Of a stretch of 64,000 nucleotides of DNA, positions 49,515 to 58,520 are shown piece after piece. Within the stretch, counting starts at the first letter, position 1; each line of letters opens with the position of its first letter. Source of the stretch: Thermoanaerobaculia bacterium (GTDB lineage: Bacteria; Acidobacteriota; Thermoanaerobaculia; Multivoradales; Multivoraceae); contig OY761158.1 in NCBI GenBank assembly GCA_963664405.1, forward strand, positions 4,992,001-5,056,000, given 5' to 3'. The position numbers and the translations under genes are program-made. Under the pieces are notes generated by a model. It did no database searches and had not been told where the DNA came from. It saw only the letters and a program-made list of their open reading frames with translations.

Positions 49515-50135
49515 GTGAAGCTGCTGGCTTTGGAGGGCGATCCGCATGACCTCGGGGCGGAGCTCAAGCGCAACGCGGAGAGGTGGCGACTGCTCGCCGA
49601 AGCCTACGGTCGAGCCGGAAGGAGGGACGAGCAGCTGCAATGCCTTTGGAGCCTCCTCGAGGGAACCGGCCATTTCGGGAGCTACGAAGAGATCCTCGAG
49701 CTGCTGCCCGCCAGGGAGCACACAGAAGCGAAAGAGCGAGCCCGAGAAGCGGCTCTCCGACTTGGAGACCTGCTCTCCGCAGCCAGCTTCCTCCTGCGTA
49801 TCGGGGCGGGCGCCGACGCCGAGCGCCTGACGATGGACCGTGTCGTCGAGCTCGAGGGCGCCTACTTTGCGCATCTGAAGTCGCTGGCCGAGCTCGCCCG
49901 GGAGCACAGCTATCCACGCATCGAAATGCCCTGCTATCGAGAGCTTCTGTCCGACATCCTGAAGGAGGCCCGGAGCAAAGCGTATGCCCACGCGGCGCGC
50001 TACTTCCGGCGGCTGGAGCAGCTGGATCGGGCGATCGACGACTACGCACTTCTATCCGATCACCTGGTGTTCGTCGATGCGCTGCGCCAGCGGCACGGTC
50101 GGAAGTACGCGTTCTGGAGGAGGGTCGAGGAATGA
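49515..50135 (+). pseudogene. Probably 5'-truncated DUF6880-like protein
   Basis: YRELLSDIL..ARSKAYAHAARY..LRQRHGRKYAFW C-terminus. Confidence 0.55.
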
Positions 50136-51005
50136 CGGTGGCGCAAAGGCAAGAGATCAGGCGCTACTTGAGCACCGGCGAAAGCGATCCCTTGCCCGCC
50201 GCGTGGGGCGGCGGCGCGTTCGAAGCCGCACACCAGGCAAGCCAGGACCTCAAGAGCGCCCTGATCGAGGAGGTGAAGCAGCGCTCGTCCGGCAGACGAT
50301 CCAGGAGCCCGCCGCGGGGGCAGGACCTACGTACTTTCGCGAGGGCGAAGGTCGAGCCCATGGTGCGAGGCCTCTTTCCGGCCCGCGAGCGAGACCCCGT
50401 ACTTGCGATGCTCGAGCGGAGTGTGGTCTTCCTCACGCAGAACAACGTCGAACGGGTGCTACGGCAGCAGAGCTGGCTGTCGACGGCATGGACGTTAGCC
50501 AACCTCTACCTTACGAGCCTCGGTGCCGAGCCTCTCGGCGAAGGCTTCTCTCCGATCGTCGGGCTCAGCGAGGAGACGAACTGCTACGTGTCGACGGAGT
50601 ACTTCACGACCGAAGATACGTTCGCCGACTTCGTCGTCCACGAGGCCGCCCACGTCTTTCACAATTGCAAGCGGGCCACCATCGGGCTCCCCCAAAACCG
50701 CCGACGAGAGTGGTTGCTCGATATCGACTTCGGAATGCGAGAGACCTTCGCCTACGGCTGCGAGACCTTCGGTAGGGTTTGCGAGCTCGGACCAAGGCCG
50801 GCCGACCGTCGCACTAGCCGAGCTCCTGGAAGGTCCGAGGCCGGCGACCGATCTGGTCGATGGGGGGGTCTATCGCGACATGCTCTGCGAGGCCGTCGCG
50901 GCTCAGAACGGGTGGAAGCGCATTCTCGAAAAGTGTGCTCCTTCCGGCCACGCGCCGCCCATCACCCCAAGCTCTCGATCGCAAAGAGGTTCATGGTCGC
51001 GGTAG
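50132..51005 (+). pseudogene. Hypothetical protein with HEAAH motif, frameshift near 50815
   Basis: ATG 50132 overlaps the upstream stop; coding-like sequence continues in another frame (ALAELL..NGWKRILEKC). Confidence 0.55.
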
Positions 51006-51096
51006 GAAACGTGGAAATGAGGAGGCGTGATCGGCAAAGAACATCCCGATGATGATGCTGTAGAAGGGGGAGAGCTCAGGCCTCAACCCACGTCAA

Positions 51097-51430
51097 CTAC
51101 TCTCCTGAGCTTGCTTGGCCGCCTCGACGGCGCTCCGCATGGCTCCATGCGAGCGCGGGATCGGTACCAGCCTTGACGGAGACAAGGAGGTTGGCGGCGG
51201 CAAGCTTCTCCGCCTGATCCGCGGTCAGATCGCCATGCTTTCCGAGAGTGATCCGTTTCGGGACAGCCTGGGAACCCTGGTCTCTTGTGCGGTACTGGAA
51301 AATGTAGACCTTGCGCCCGGCGGGCGTGACCTTGCAGCCGAAGCCGGTGACGTCGGTGTCCCATAGGAACCGAGCACGCGAGCTTGCTCGGAGGGCATCG
51401 ACATTGCGCTTGTTGATGCGTTTGCCGAGA
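51097..51430 (-). pseudogene. Tyrosine integrase arm-binding domain (DUF4102-like) remnant
   Basis: FLWDTDVTGFGCKVTPAGRKVYIFQYR..RITLGKHGDLT..GTDP; no catalytic domain follows. Confidence 0.7.
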
Positions 51431-51532
51431 TTCGATGAATGTGCCGGTATATTCGACCTTCTCGAGAAGCTCTCCAAAGAGAACTGTAGCCGTTGTGGGA
51501 CGCGCATGCTGGCGTATATGCTAGCATCGGCC

Positions 51533-51958
51533 GTGCGACTGGTAATCGACACTAATGTCCTGGTCAGTGCCGTCGTCGGCAAGCGCGGAGGCGCGAGTCG
51601 TGAGGTTCTTCGACAATGCTTGAAGGGACGACTCCAACCGCTAATGGGCATGGCGCTTTTTCTCGAGCTCGAAGAGGTTCTCCAACGCACGTCAATTCTG
51701 CGCCAGATGAGTCTCGACCGAGTAGAGCTAGACGTTCTCGTGGACGCGTACTTGAGTCAATGCTCCTGGGTCACGGTTTACTATGGCTGGCGCCCAAACC
51801 TGCGGGACGAAGGAGATCAACATCTCATCGAGCTGGCTGTCGCCGGCAGCGCCTCTGCGATCATCACCAAGAACGTTCGTCACTTGAAAAGTGGTGATCT
51901 TCGCTTTGAAGACCTTCGTGTTCTGACACCCTCTCAGCTACTCGCGGAGCTCCCCTGA
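51533..51958 (+). CDS. PIN-domain toxin
   Basis: VRLVIDTNVLVSA..WRPNLRDEGDQHLIELAVAG..IITKN; GTG 51533. Confidence 0.88.
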   Translation: MRLVIDTNVLVSAVVGKRGGASREVLRQCLKGRLQPLMGMALFLELEEVLQRTSILRQMSLDRVELDVLVDAYLSQCSWVTVYYGWRPNLRDEGDQHLIELAVAGSASAIITKNVRHLKSGDLRFEDLRVLTPSQLLAELP

Positions 51959-52167
51959 TGGCAACCATGACAATCCGACTTCCCGACCCGACCTACGACC
52001 GACTCAAGCGCCTGGCAAAGCAGCGGGGACTGAGCCTCAACAAGTTGATTGAGCAGCTCTCGATCTCTGCCTTGGCTGAGTTCGACGTCGAGACCCGATT
52101 CTTGCTGCGAGCGCAAAGGGGATCGGTGGCGCGCGGACTCGACGTGCTCGCAAAGCTCGACGCATAG
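51958..52167 (+). CDS. RHH/HicB-like antitoxin
   Basis: MATMTIRLPD..RLKRLAKQRGLSLNKLIE; TGATG coupling to the toxin. Confidence 0.85.
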   Translation: MATMTIRLPDPTYDRLKRLAKQRGLSLNKLIEQLSISALAEFDVETRFLLRAQRGSVARGLDVLAKLDA

Positions 52168-52211
52168 GCAGGCGGCCGGTGCAGGCGCGGCCGGCCAGGC
52201 TTGAACGTAGA

Positions 52212-52586
52212 TCAGTCGCTGGAAGAGGTGGCCAGCAGACCCTTCATCTGGCGACGGACAACCGCCTTTCGCCGCGTAAGGAACTCGCCCGTTACGTCTA
52301 GATAGGCGTCGTTCTCGACCCCGTACCCCCTCGCGACCCGGCGATAGTAGGCGTAGCGCTCGGCGAGGAAATCGTCGCTCAGACGGTGGTCGAGTATCTC
52401 CTCGAGCGCCGAAGCGACGCGACGGCGAAACTCGGGGCTCCCTCTCCACAGACGGCGCAGCAGAATCGCCCGCAGCTCCTTGACGGGGGTGCGAAAGCGC
52501 ACGATCGAAAGAGCGCCGAGAAGGCCCAGCGACAGCGGCAGAGAGAACTGGATGCAGATGAAGATGGCCGTAATCGACAGACCCAA
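52212..52586 (-). pseudogene. Chimeric remnant: DUF4956-like segment fused to a CotH-like C-terminus
   Basis: SLPLSLGLLGALSIVRFRTPVKE joined in frame to LRAILLRRLWRGSPEFRRR; the CotH assignment is tentative. Confidence 0.5.
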
Positions 52587-52676
52587 TAGCCGGAAAGCCC
52601 TCGTCCCGAACCAACGCCGGCCCCCAAGGCCGGAACAGGGGAGGTGAGCTCGCTTGACTCGGGCCTTCTAATGTGT

Positions 52677-52718
52677 GGCACCTATAACAACAGCAGCGGC
52701 ACCTATAACAACAGCAGC
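52677..52718. repeat. 2 x 21-bp exact tandem repeat
   Basis: ggcacctataacaacagcagc twice. Confidence 0.85.
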
Positions 52719-52810
52719 GTGGAAATGAGGAGTATCATTCCCACCAGCTACACAACATCGGAGCTAGAGAGTAGAACGCCGTCACCTTCGCAGCTCTTAG
52801 GGAGCACGAC

Positions 52811-55282
52811 ATGAAGCAAGCTCTGTTCATTCTGTTGTTCGTCACTCCCCATGCCTGGGCCCAACAATCGGGGACATTCCGCTTTGAGGACGTCGGCTCG
52901 CGGAATCTGCCCCCTGCGGAGATCGCCGGCGAGGTAGAGAGCGAGCGAGTCAGCCCGCCCGAGATGACCGGCGACTGGCCCTCGATCGCCTCCGCGCCTG
53001 ACGGCGGTGCCTGGATCGCCTGGGTCGAATGGGACGCCGCCAAGAGCGACCGTGTCGTGGTGCGCCATCGCGACGCAAGCGGAAGCTGGGGCGAGCTCAT
53101 CGAGATCCGCGACGGTCATTGGGATCATTATCTGCCGGCCATCGTCGCCACCCCGAGCGGGGCGCTGGTCGCCTGGTCGGCGCAGGTCGACGGTGGCTAC
53201 GACCTCTTCGCCACCACCGTCTCGAACAGCAGCGAAGTCGGAAGGATCGAGACCCTCTCGTCGATGGAACACGGCGACTTCCACGTTCGCCTGGCCGCCG
53301 ACTCGAGGGGTCGTGTCACCGCCGTCTGGCAGTCCTTCGGCAACCGCAACGCCGACATCTACGCTCGCAGGCTCACTGACGGCGTCTGGGGACCGAGCGT
53401 TCGCATCTCGACTTCGAGCGCCTCCGACTGGGAGCCCTCGCTGGACCTCGACTCCAGCGGTAGAGCGTGGATCTCATGGGACACCTACCACGCGGGGAAC
53501 TACGACGTTCTGCTTGCATCCTTCGACGGCCAGAGTGCCGGGGAGCCTGTTCCCATCGCAACCGGTGCCGAGGCACAGTTCCACTCGAGTGTGGCGGTCG
53601 ACGCGATCGATCGCATCTGGGTGGGCTATGACACCGCCGGCCGCAACTGGGGCAAGGACTTCTCCACTTCGGGAGGCGTCGAGGGTAGCGAGGGTCTCCA
53701 TGCCCGACGGGGTCTGGGCGTCCGCGTCTACAAGAACGGCAGGGTCTTCGAGCCGCAGGCGGATGTCCGCGACATTCTGACCGGCCGTATGAGCATCTTC
53801 GCCGAGCTGCCTACGATCTCGATCGACGGCAAAGGGTCGACCTGGTTGATCTTCCGCCATTGGACCCTCGAGAAGCCTCACGAGATGTACCACGTCTACG
53901 CGACCCGACTCGCCGAGAACGGATGGACGACACCGGTACGACTCACCAACAGCGCGGGACGCAACACGCAGCACACCTCGGTCGCGACTCAGCCTGATGG
54001 CTCGCTTGTGGCGGCGTATGCGAGCGACCTGCGCTCCCCTGAGAACCTGCCTCGAAGCCAGTCCCACTCTCTGCACTACAACGTCTTCGTCGCGGAGTTG
54101 GAGGCTGGGTCGGCAGGTGGAGGCCCCGCGCTCGAAGAGGTGGAAGTAGCGGCACCGGTTGCCGGCTTCGAAGTACGCCAGCGGGCGAAGATGACGGTCG
54201 ACGGCAAGACCTACACTCTGCTCCTCGGTGACTGCCACCGGCATACCGACATCCGGGGCCACTCGGGATTCGACGCCTCGACCGAGGACACCTATCGTTA
54301 CGCCATTGACGCCGCACAGCTCGACTACGTCGGCCCCAGCGACCACAACGCCGTGGTCGGCGGGCGGTGGCCCGACGGTCTGCGCGACTACAGCTGGTGG
54401 TATCAACAAAAGCTGGTCGATGTCTACAGCCATGAGCCGCGCTTTTGGGGGATTTACACCTACGAGCATTCGATGGTACGTCCCGGAGGTCACCGCAACG
54501 TCCTATTGTTGAAGCGAGGCGCTCCTTTGCGTCCGATCGATCGCGAAAAGGGCCTCGACGCGCCAGACAACTCTCCGCCGGTTCTCTGGGACTGGGCGAG
54601 GAAAAACGTGCTCACCCAGCAGGGGCAGAAGATGGTGATCGTCCCTCATACTTTCGCCTCAGGTCCCCTGGCCGACTGGAACTGGCAGAACCCGGAGTTC
54701 GACTGTCTGCTCGAGATCTACCAGGGCGCCCGCGGCAGCTTCGAGCGGTGGCGCCTACCCAAGACCGAGCTCCGCGGCGTAACCCAGACCGACGACCCGG
54801 GCCACTTCGCCGTGGACGCTCTCGACAAGGGCAATATCTATGGCTTCGTATCCTTCAGCGATCACGGCTCTACCCACAACTCGTGGGCTGCCATCTGGGC
54901 CGTCGAAGAGACTCGAGAGGCTCTCTTCGACGCCATGCTGGCGCGCCGCACTTACGCTGCCACTGACGAGATCATCCTCAAGGTGTCCGCCGACGGCCAC
55001 AATATGGGCGAGCAGTTCGTTACCGCCGTCGAGAGGCCGCTCGAGATCTCGATCGACATCGAAGCCCTCGACGAGATCCTTCGGGTCGACGTCATCAAGA
55101 ACGGAGAGTACGTCTACACCCAACGGCCTGGAGGTCGAAGCGCACAGCTGTCCTACCGCGACTCGACACCCGCCGCCGGCGACAGCTACTACTACGTGCG
55201 GGTCTTTCAGCGCGATCCCGACAACCCGTCGGGCGATCCCGAGATCGCCTGGGGCTCGCCATTCTTCGTGAAGTACGAGTAG
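52811..55282 (+). CDS. Exported beta-propeller + PHP-like metallohydrolase (DUF3604/CehA-like)
   Basis: Signal peptide, repeated W-x-x-W blades, GDCHRHT, DHN, GHRN, PHT, SDH, YYYVRV..AWGSPFF. Confidence 0.78.
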   Translation: MKQALFILLFVTPHAWAQQSGTFRFEDVGSRNLPPAEIAGEVESERVSPPEMTGDWPSIASAPDGGAWIAWVEWDAAKSDRVVVRHRDASGSWGELIEIRDGHWDHYLPAIVATPSGALVAWSAQVDGGYDLFATTVSNSSEVGRIETLSSMEHGDFHVRLAADSRGRVTAVWQSFGNRNADIYARRLTDGVWGPSVRISTSSASDWEPSLDLDSSGRAWISWDTYHAGNYDVLLASFDGQSAGEPVPIATGAEAQFHSSVAVDAIDRIWVGYDTAGRNWGKDFSTSGGVEGSEGLHARRGLGVRVYKNGRVFEPQADVRDILTGRMSIFAELPTISIDGKGSTWLIFRHWTLEKPHEMYHVYATRLAENGWTTPVRLTNSAGRNTQHTSVATQPDGSLVAAYASDLRSPENLPRSQSHSLHYNVFVAELEAGSAGGGPALEEVEVAAPVAGFEVRQRAKMTVDGKTYTLLLGDCHRHTDIRGHSGFDASTEDTYRYAIDAAQLDYVGPSDHNAVVGGRWPDGLRDYSWWYQQKLVDVYSHEPRFWGIYTYEHSMVRPGGHRNVLLLKRGAPLRPIDREKGLDAPDNSPPVLWDWARKNVLTQQGQKMVIVPHTFASGPLADWNWQNPEFDCLLEIYQGARGSFERWRLPKTELRGVTQTDDPGHFAVDALDKGNIYGFVSFSDHGSTHNSWAAIWAVEETREALFDAMLARRTYAATDEIILKVSADGHNMGEQFVTAVERPLEISIDIEALDEILRVDVIKNGEYVYTQRPGGRSAQLSYRDSTPAAGDSYYYVRVFQRDPDNPSGDPEIAWGSPFFVKYE

Positions 55283-55288
55283 CTCCGA

Positions 55289-55659
55289 CTACGGAAGCGG
55301 CGTCGCCACCCGCGGATCGTTGACCCCCATGTGGTCGAGAATGGCCTCGAAGCGGGGCTCGGGGCGCAGGTTGTCTAGCCAGGGATGGACCTTCGTCCAT
55401 AGAATCAGGCCGCCCTTCTGGGCTAAGGCCTCCTCCAGCCAGTGCAGGGCAGGCTCCCTGTCGTCGAGCCAGGCATAGAGAAGTGCCAGGTTGTAGGGGT
55501 GGGCTTCGCCGGCCTTCACCCGAGGCAACCGCCTCTCAGCCAGCCAGCGGAAGACGGCGACCCGATGATGCGATCCACGAGCGGCAGATCCACCTGCAGA
55601 GGCTGGAGCAGCCAGAGCAGGCGGAAGAAATGGGTCGGATCTACGAGTCGGAAGGAGGG
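55289..55659 (-). pseudogene. C-terminal remnant of a TolB-N/TPR-type protein, partly inverted
   Basis: Minus strand: VAVFRWL..PYNLALLYAWLDDREPALHWLEEA..LDNLRPEPRFEAIL. Plus strand 55561-55659: PDDAIHERQIHL..AEEMGRIYESEGG. Confidence 0.6.
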
Positions 55660-56196
55660 ACTGGAACGAAGGCAACCATTACTCCCGCAACGACAACGAC
55701 CCCCACCTCACGGGCTTCGGCGGCGTCGAGGTTTCAACCGGGATTGTCAATCCCACCAGTGGCCCCCTGTGGTACGGGACCCATAGAGTGGCAGCGGGAC
55801 TACATCGTCAACGTCATCGGCATGAAGCGCTGGGTGTTCGGCAAGCATGACGTCATGACCAGTGCTGCCGTGCATGCGGCCGCCGGCGAGCAATGGGGAT
55901 TGCAGCCCTCCACCCAGGTTGCGCACCCGGAGTCCGGCCAGACCATCAACACTTTCACCTTCCGCGAGCAGAGAGGCACCAACCAGCTCGAGGACTTCTG
56001 GACGCTCAACCTGAATGCCACCTACCAGTTCCCGATCAGCGGTGGGGTGCAGGGAATTATCGGCGGCGAGGCTGCAAACGTCACCAACGAGCAGTCTCTG
56101 ATTCGGATCAACATCAGGAACGGCCGACCTAGAACCGGCCTCGACACTTTCCAGTTCACGCGGGAGTATCGCCTCAAGCTCGGTATCCGATTCTGA
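55658..56196 (+). pseudogene. Orphan 3' end of a TonB-dependent receptor paralog (copy of 62189-62726)
   Basis: Aligns to the intact receptor; one extra G at 55776-55778; same stop and downstream region. Confidence 0.88.
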
Positions 56197-56231
56197 GCAC
56201 GTCGAAGCACGATCGGCTTAGCTGAGATTGC

Positions 56232-56269
56232 AAAACACCGGCGGCTTCGGCCGCCGGTGTTTTTCTTTT
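56232..56269 (+). terminator. Intrinsic terminator
   Basis: aaaacaccggcggc-ttcg-gccgccggtgtttt followed by a T-rich tail. Confidence 0.85.
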
Positions 56270-56442
56270 GTACCGGGAAGCAGGCGACCGAAACCGACGG
56301 CCTTCCCGGGATCCGGGTTGCTGAGGTTGCCTTCCGAGTTCAGGTAGGGGAGCACCGAGAAATCGCGCTCGAAGGTGCGCGCCATTTCCACCTGCCACTC
56401 CGACTGGCCACCCGAGTACTCGTAGGCGTGGAACGATGTCTG

Positions 56443-57750
56443 TCAGTTGATCAAACGTAGAGCATCAACCGCCCACCCGAGATCAAAAGATTCCCCATCC
56501 CAATCGGGAAGCCCGCTCGAATCATCGACCTTGATCCCCTGCCGCTCGAGGAGGCGCAGCAGCAGCTCCAAGGGCTCACCCGCCAAGATTGGCGCCGCCG
56601 GCGCCTGCAGCATCGGTCGACCATCTGGCCAGTAGAAAGAGACCTCGCCTTCCGCGAGCTTCATCGAGAAGCCCTCCTCATGAACGGCTCTGTGATGGCG
56701 CCGACACAGTAGTACAAGGTTGTCGAGGCGAGTTTCTCCGCCGTGGGCCCAGTGTTCGATGTGATGCGCCTCGCAGAACTTGGACTGGCACCCGGGAAAG
56801 CGGCAGATCTGGTCTCTGGCATTCAAAGCACGGCGGATGGCGGGTGAGATGGTGCGTGTTTTTCGCCCAACGTCGAGGACCGTGCCGTCTCGTGCATGCC
56901 GAACCACCACTTTGCCGGCGTCGCACGCCAGCCGCTGAGACGTTCCCGCGGGAACGTGCTGCCCGTCCTCGAGCACAGAAACGCCTGAGGCTCTTTCATC
57001 CGCCAGCGTCTCGGCATCCACGTGCACGACCACCTGATAGCGATCGCCCGAAGTGCCCCGGTCGAGCTCGTGCGCGAGTGCGCTCTCGGCGAGAAGCTGG
57101 AGCGCGTCGGCCCGTCGCTGACCGATGGGGATCTCGGCCTTCTCCTCGGCCGATTCGTAGAGAGCTTCCGAAGCCGACTCCAACGCCCGCATCACCACCG
57201 CACCCGCCTCGGCATCGAGACGCCCCCTCACCACCAGCATGCCGTCCTCGTCGAAGAAGGCATCGAGCGATCGGCTCGCATGTCTTCGCTGCTCTTCTTC
57301 CTTATCCGCGATCCGATCGACCCGTCGCCACGCCCGCACCAGCCTCTCGACATGCGCGGCGCTCCCGCTGCGAGCAAAGGCGAGGAGCTCTTCTTCGTTC
57401 TCCGGCGTGGCAACCCGCGTGAGCGCCCGCACCTTCGAGTACGACAGCTCGCCTCGGCTCATCGACTCACTGAGAAGCGGCAGCTCGCCCAGCGCATGGG
57501 CAACGCGAACCTTCTCGCGCGCGGCCCCGAGGGCAAGGCCGGTGCGCCAGTTGAGCCAGTGGGCACAAGAGGCGAAGCCGACGTTCCAACCGCCGCGATC
57601 GTCGAATTGGCGAATCAGTACCAGAAGGCAGTAGTTCGCCGCCTGAATGCGGGCGGAGAGCTCTGCGATCTGTTCGCCGAGATCTTCGACTGGGCACTCG
57701 GGAAGGGGCGGAACCGGGTTGAGCGATAGGGTAGAGGGCTCTTGTCTCAT
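56443..57750 (-). CDS. DUF222/HNH endonuclease (13E12-repeat-like element)
   Basis: SCAHWLNWR, LSYSKVRALTR, RLACDA, LDVGRKTR, RDQICRFPGC..HHIEHWAHGGETRLDNLVLLCRRHH. Confidence 0.9.
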   Translation of the reverse strand: MRQEPSTLSLNPVPPLPECPVEDLGEQIAELSARIQAANYCLLVLIRQFDDRGGWNVGFASCAHWLNWRTGLALGAAREKVRVAHALGELPLLSESMSRGELSYSKVRALTRVATPENEEELLAFARSGSAAHVERLVRAWRRVDRIADKEEEQRRHASRSLDAFFDEDGMLVVRGRLDAEAGAVVMRALESASEALYESAEEKAEIPIGQRRADALQLLAESALAHELDRGTSGDRYQVVVHVDAETLADERASGVSVLEDGQHVPAGTSQRLACDAGKVVVRHARDGTVLDVGRKTRTISPAIRRALNARDQICRFPGCQSKFCEAHHIEHWAHGGETRLDNLVLLCRRHHRAVHEEGFSMKLAEGEVSFYWPDGRPMLQAPAAPILAGEPLELLLRLLERQGIKVDDSSGLPDWDGESFDLGWAVDALRLIN

Positions 57751-58065
57751 TGGTCTCTCCAGGTCGATACAACAATCATAAACCCTGTTTTTCGAGACGT
57801 TTGAAGCCCTCTTGAGGCGGCGAATGCGGGCCGATCGAGGGCCAAGTCCTCGCCTCTTCTTCGAACGCGCCGCACAGGTGAATATAGAGGCTCTGTGGCC
57901 AGCTCAAGACGCGACATAGGACTCGGGGCGGAGTGGCCTGAAAGACCTTGTCAAGGGGATTCGGAAGAAAAGTCGAAAAAGTTTCCGACTGCGTTTCTCA
58001 ATCCCTGAGTGCAACCATCTCGCCGCGAATCATCGTCCAGATGCTCTCGTTACGGCCGCGAAGAC

Positions 58066-58097
58066 ATTCGGCTGGCACCCAAGCAGCCGAAGGCTGC
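58066..58097 (-). repeat. Repeat family end motif (copy 5)
   Basis: Reverse complement reads gcagccttcggctgcttgggtgccagccgaat. Confidence 0.7.
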
Positions 58098-58225
58098 GGG
58101 TTCTGTGAGCGCCGGTCGGTGGTGTCGAGATCGGTCGGGGGCTCACCGGTCTCAGCGGCCAATTGTCGCTTGCCGCGCGCCGCGTTCGAGTAGAAGCCCC
58201 AGTAACGTATGAGCTGCCCGACAGA
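58098..58225 (-). pseudogene. IS91-family transposase shard
   Basis: QLIRYWGFYSNAARGKR, resembling the RYYGxYSN motif. Confidence 0.6.
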
Positions 58226-58443
58226 TTGCCTGAATATTCTCGGTGCCGAGGTCAATTTCAAACAGTTATCAGGTGGGTCGAGGTTCACCTTTCCTCCGTA
58301 CCCAAAACGCCATCGTATCCAATTCATTGAATTCTGATTCAATTTTCGATATCGCCGTTCGGCCAAAAGCACAATATATAGTATCTCCGACCTTCTTACA
58401 CACAATATGTAGTTGGTATGATTTTTGCGTCTAAGACATGTTA

Positions 58444-58494
58444 GAGATCGTTAGTAATTTGAGATCGTTAGTAATCTGAGATCGTTAGTAATCT
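58444..58494. repeat. 3 x 17-bp tandem repeat
   Basis: gagatcgttagtaat(t/c)t at 58444, 58461 and 58478. Confidence 0.9.
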
Positions 58495-58520
58495 GTGTAT
58501 ACTGCATGTCTGTTCGTCGT

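Noticed and set aside
51097-51690. Functional integrase or prophage
   Set aside because: Only the arm-binding domain is present; no catalytic domain, phage genes or adjacent tRNA seen.
58444-58494. CRISPR array
   Set aside because: Repeats are 17 bp, directly adjacent with no spacers, and there are no cas genes.
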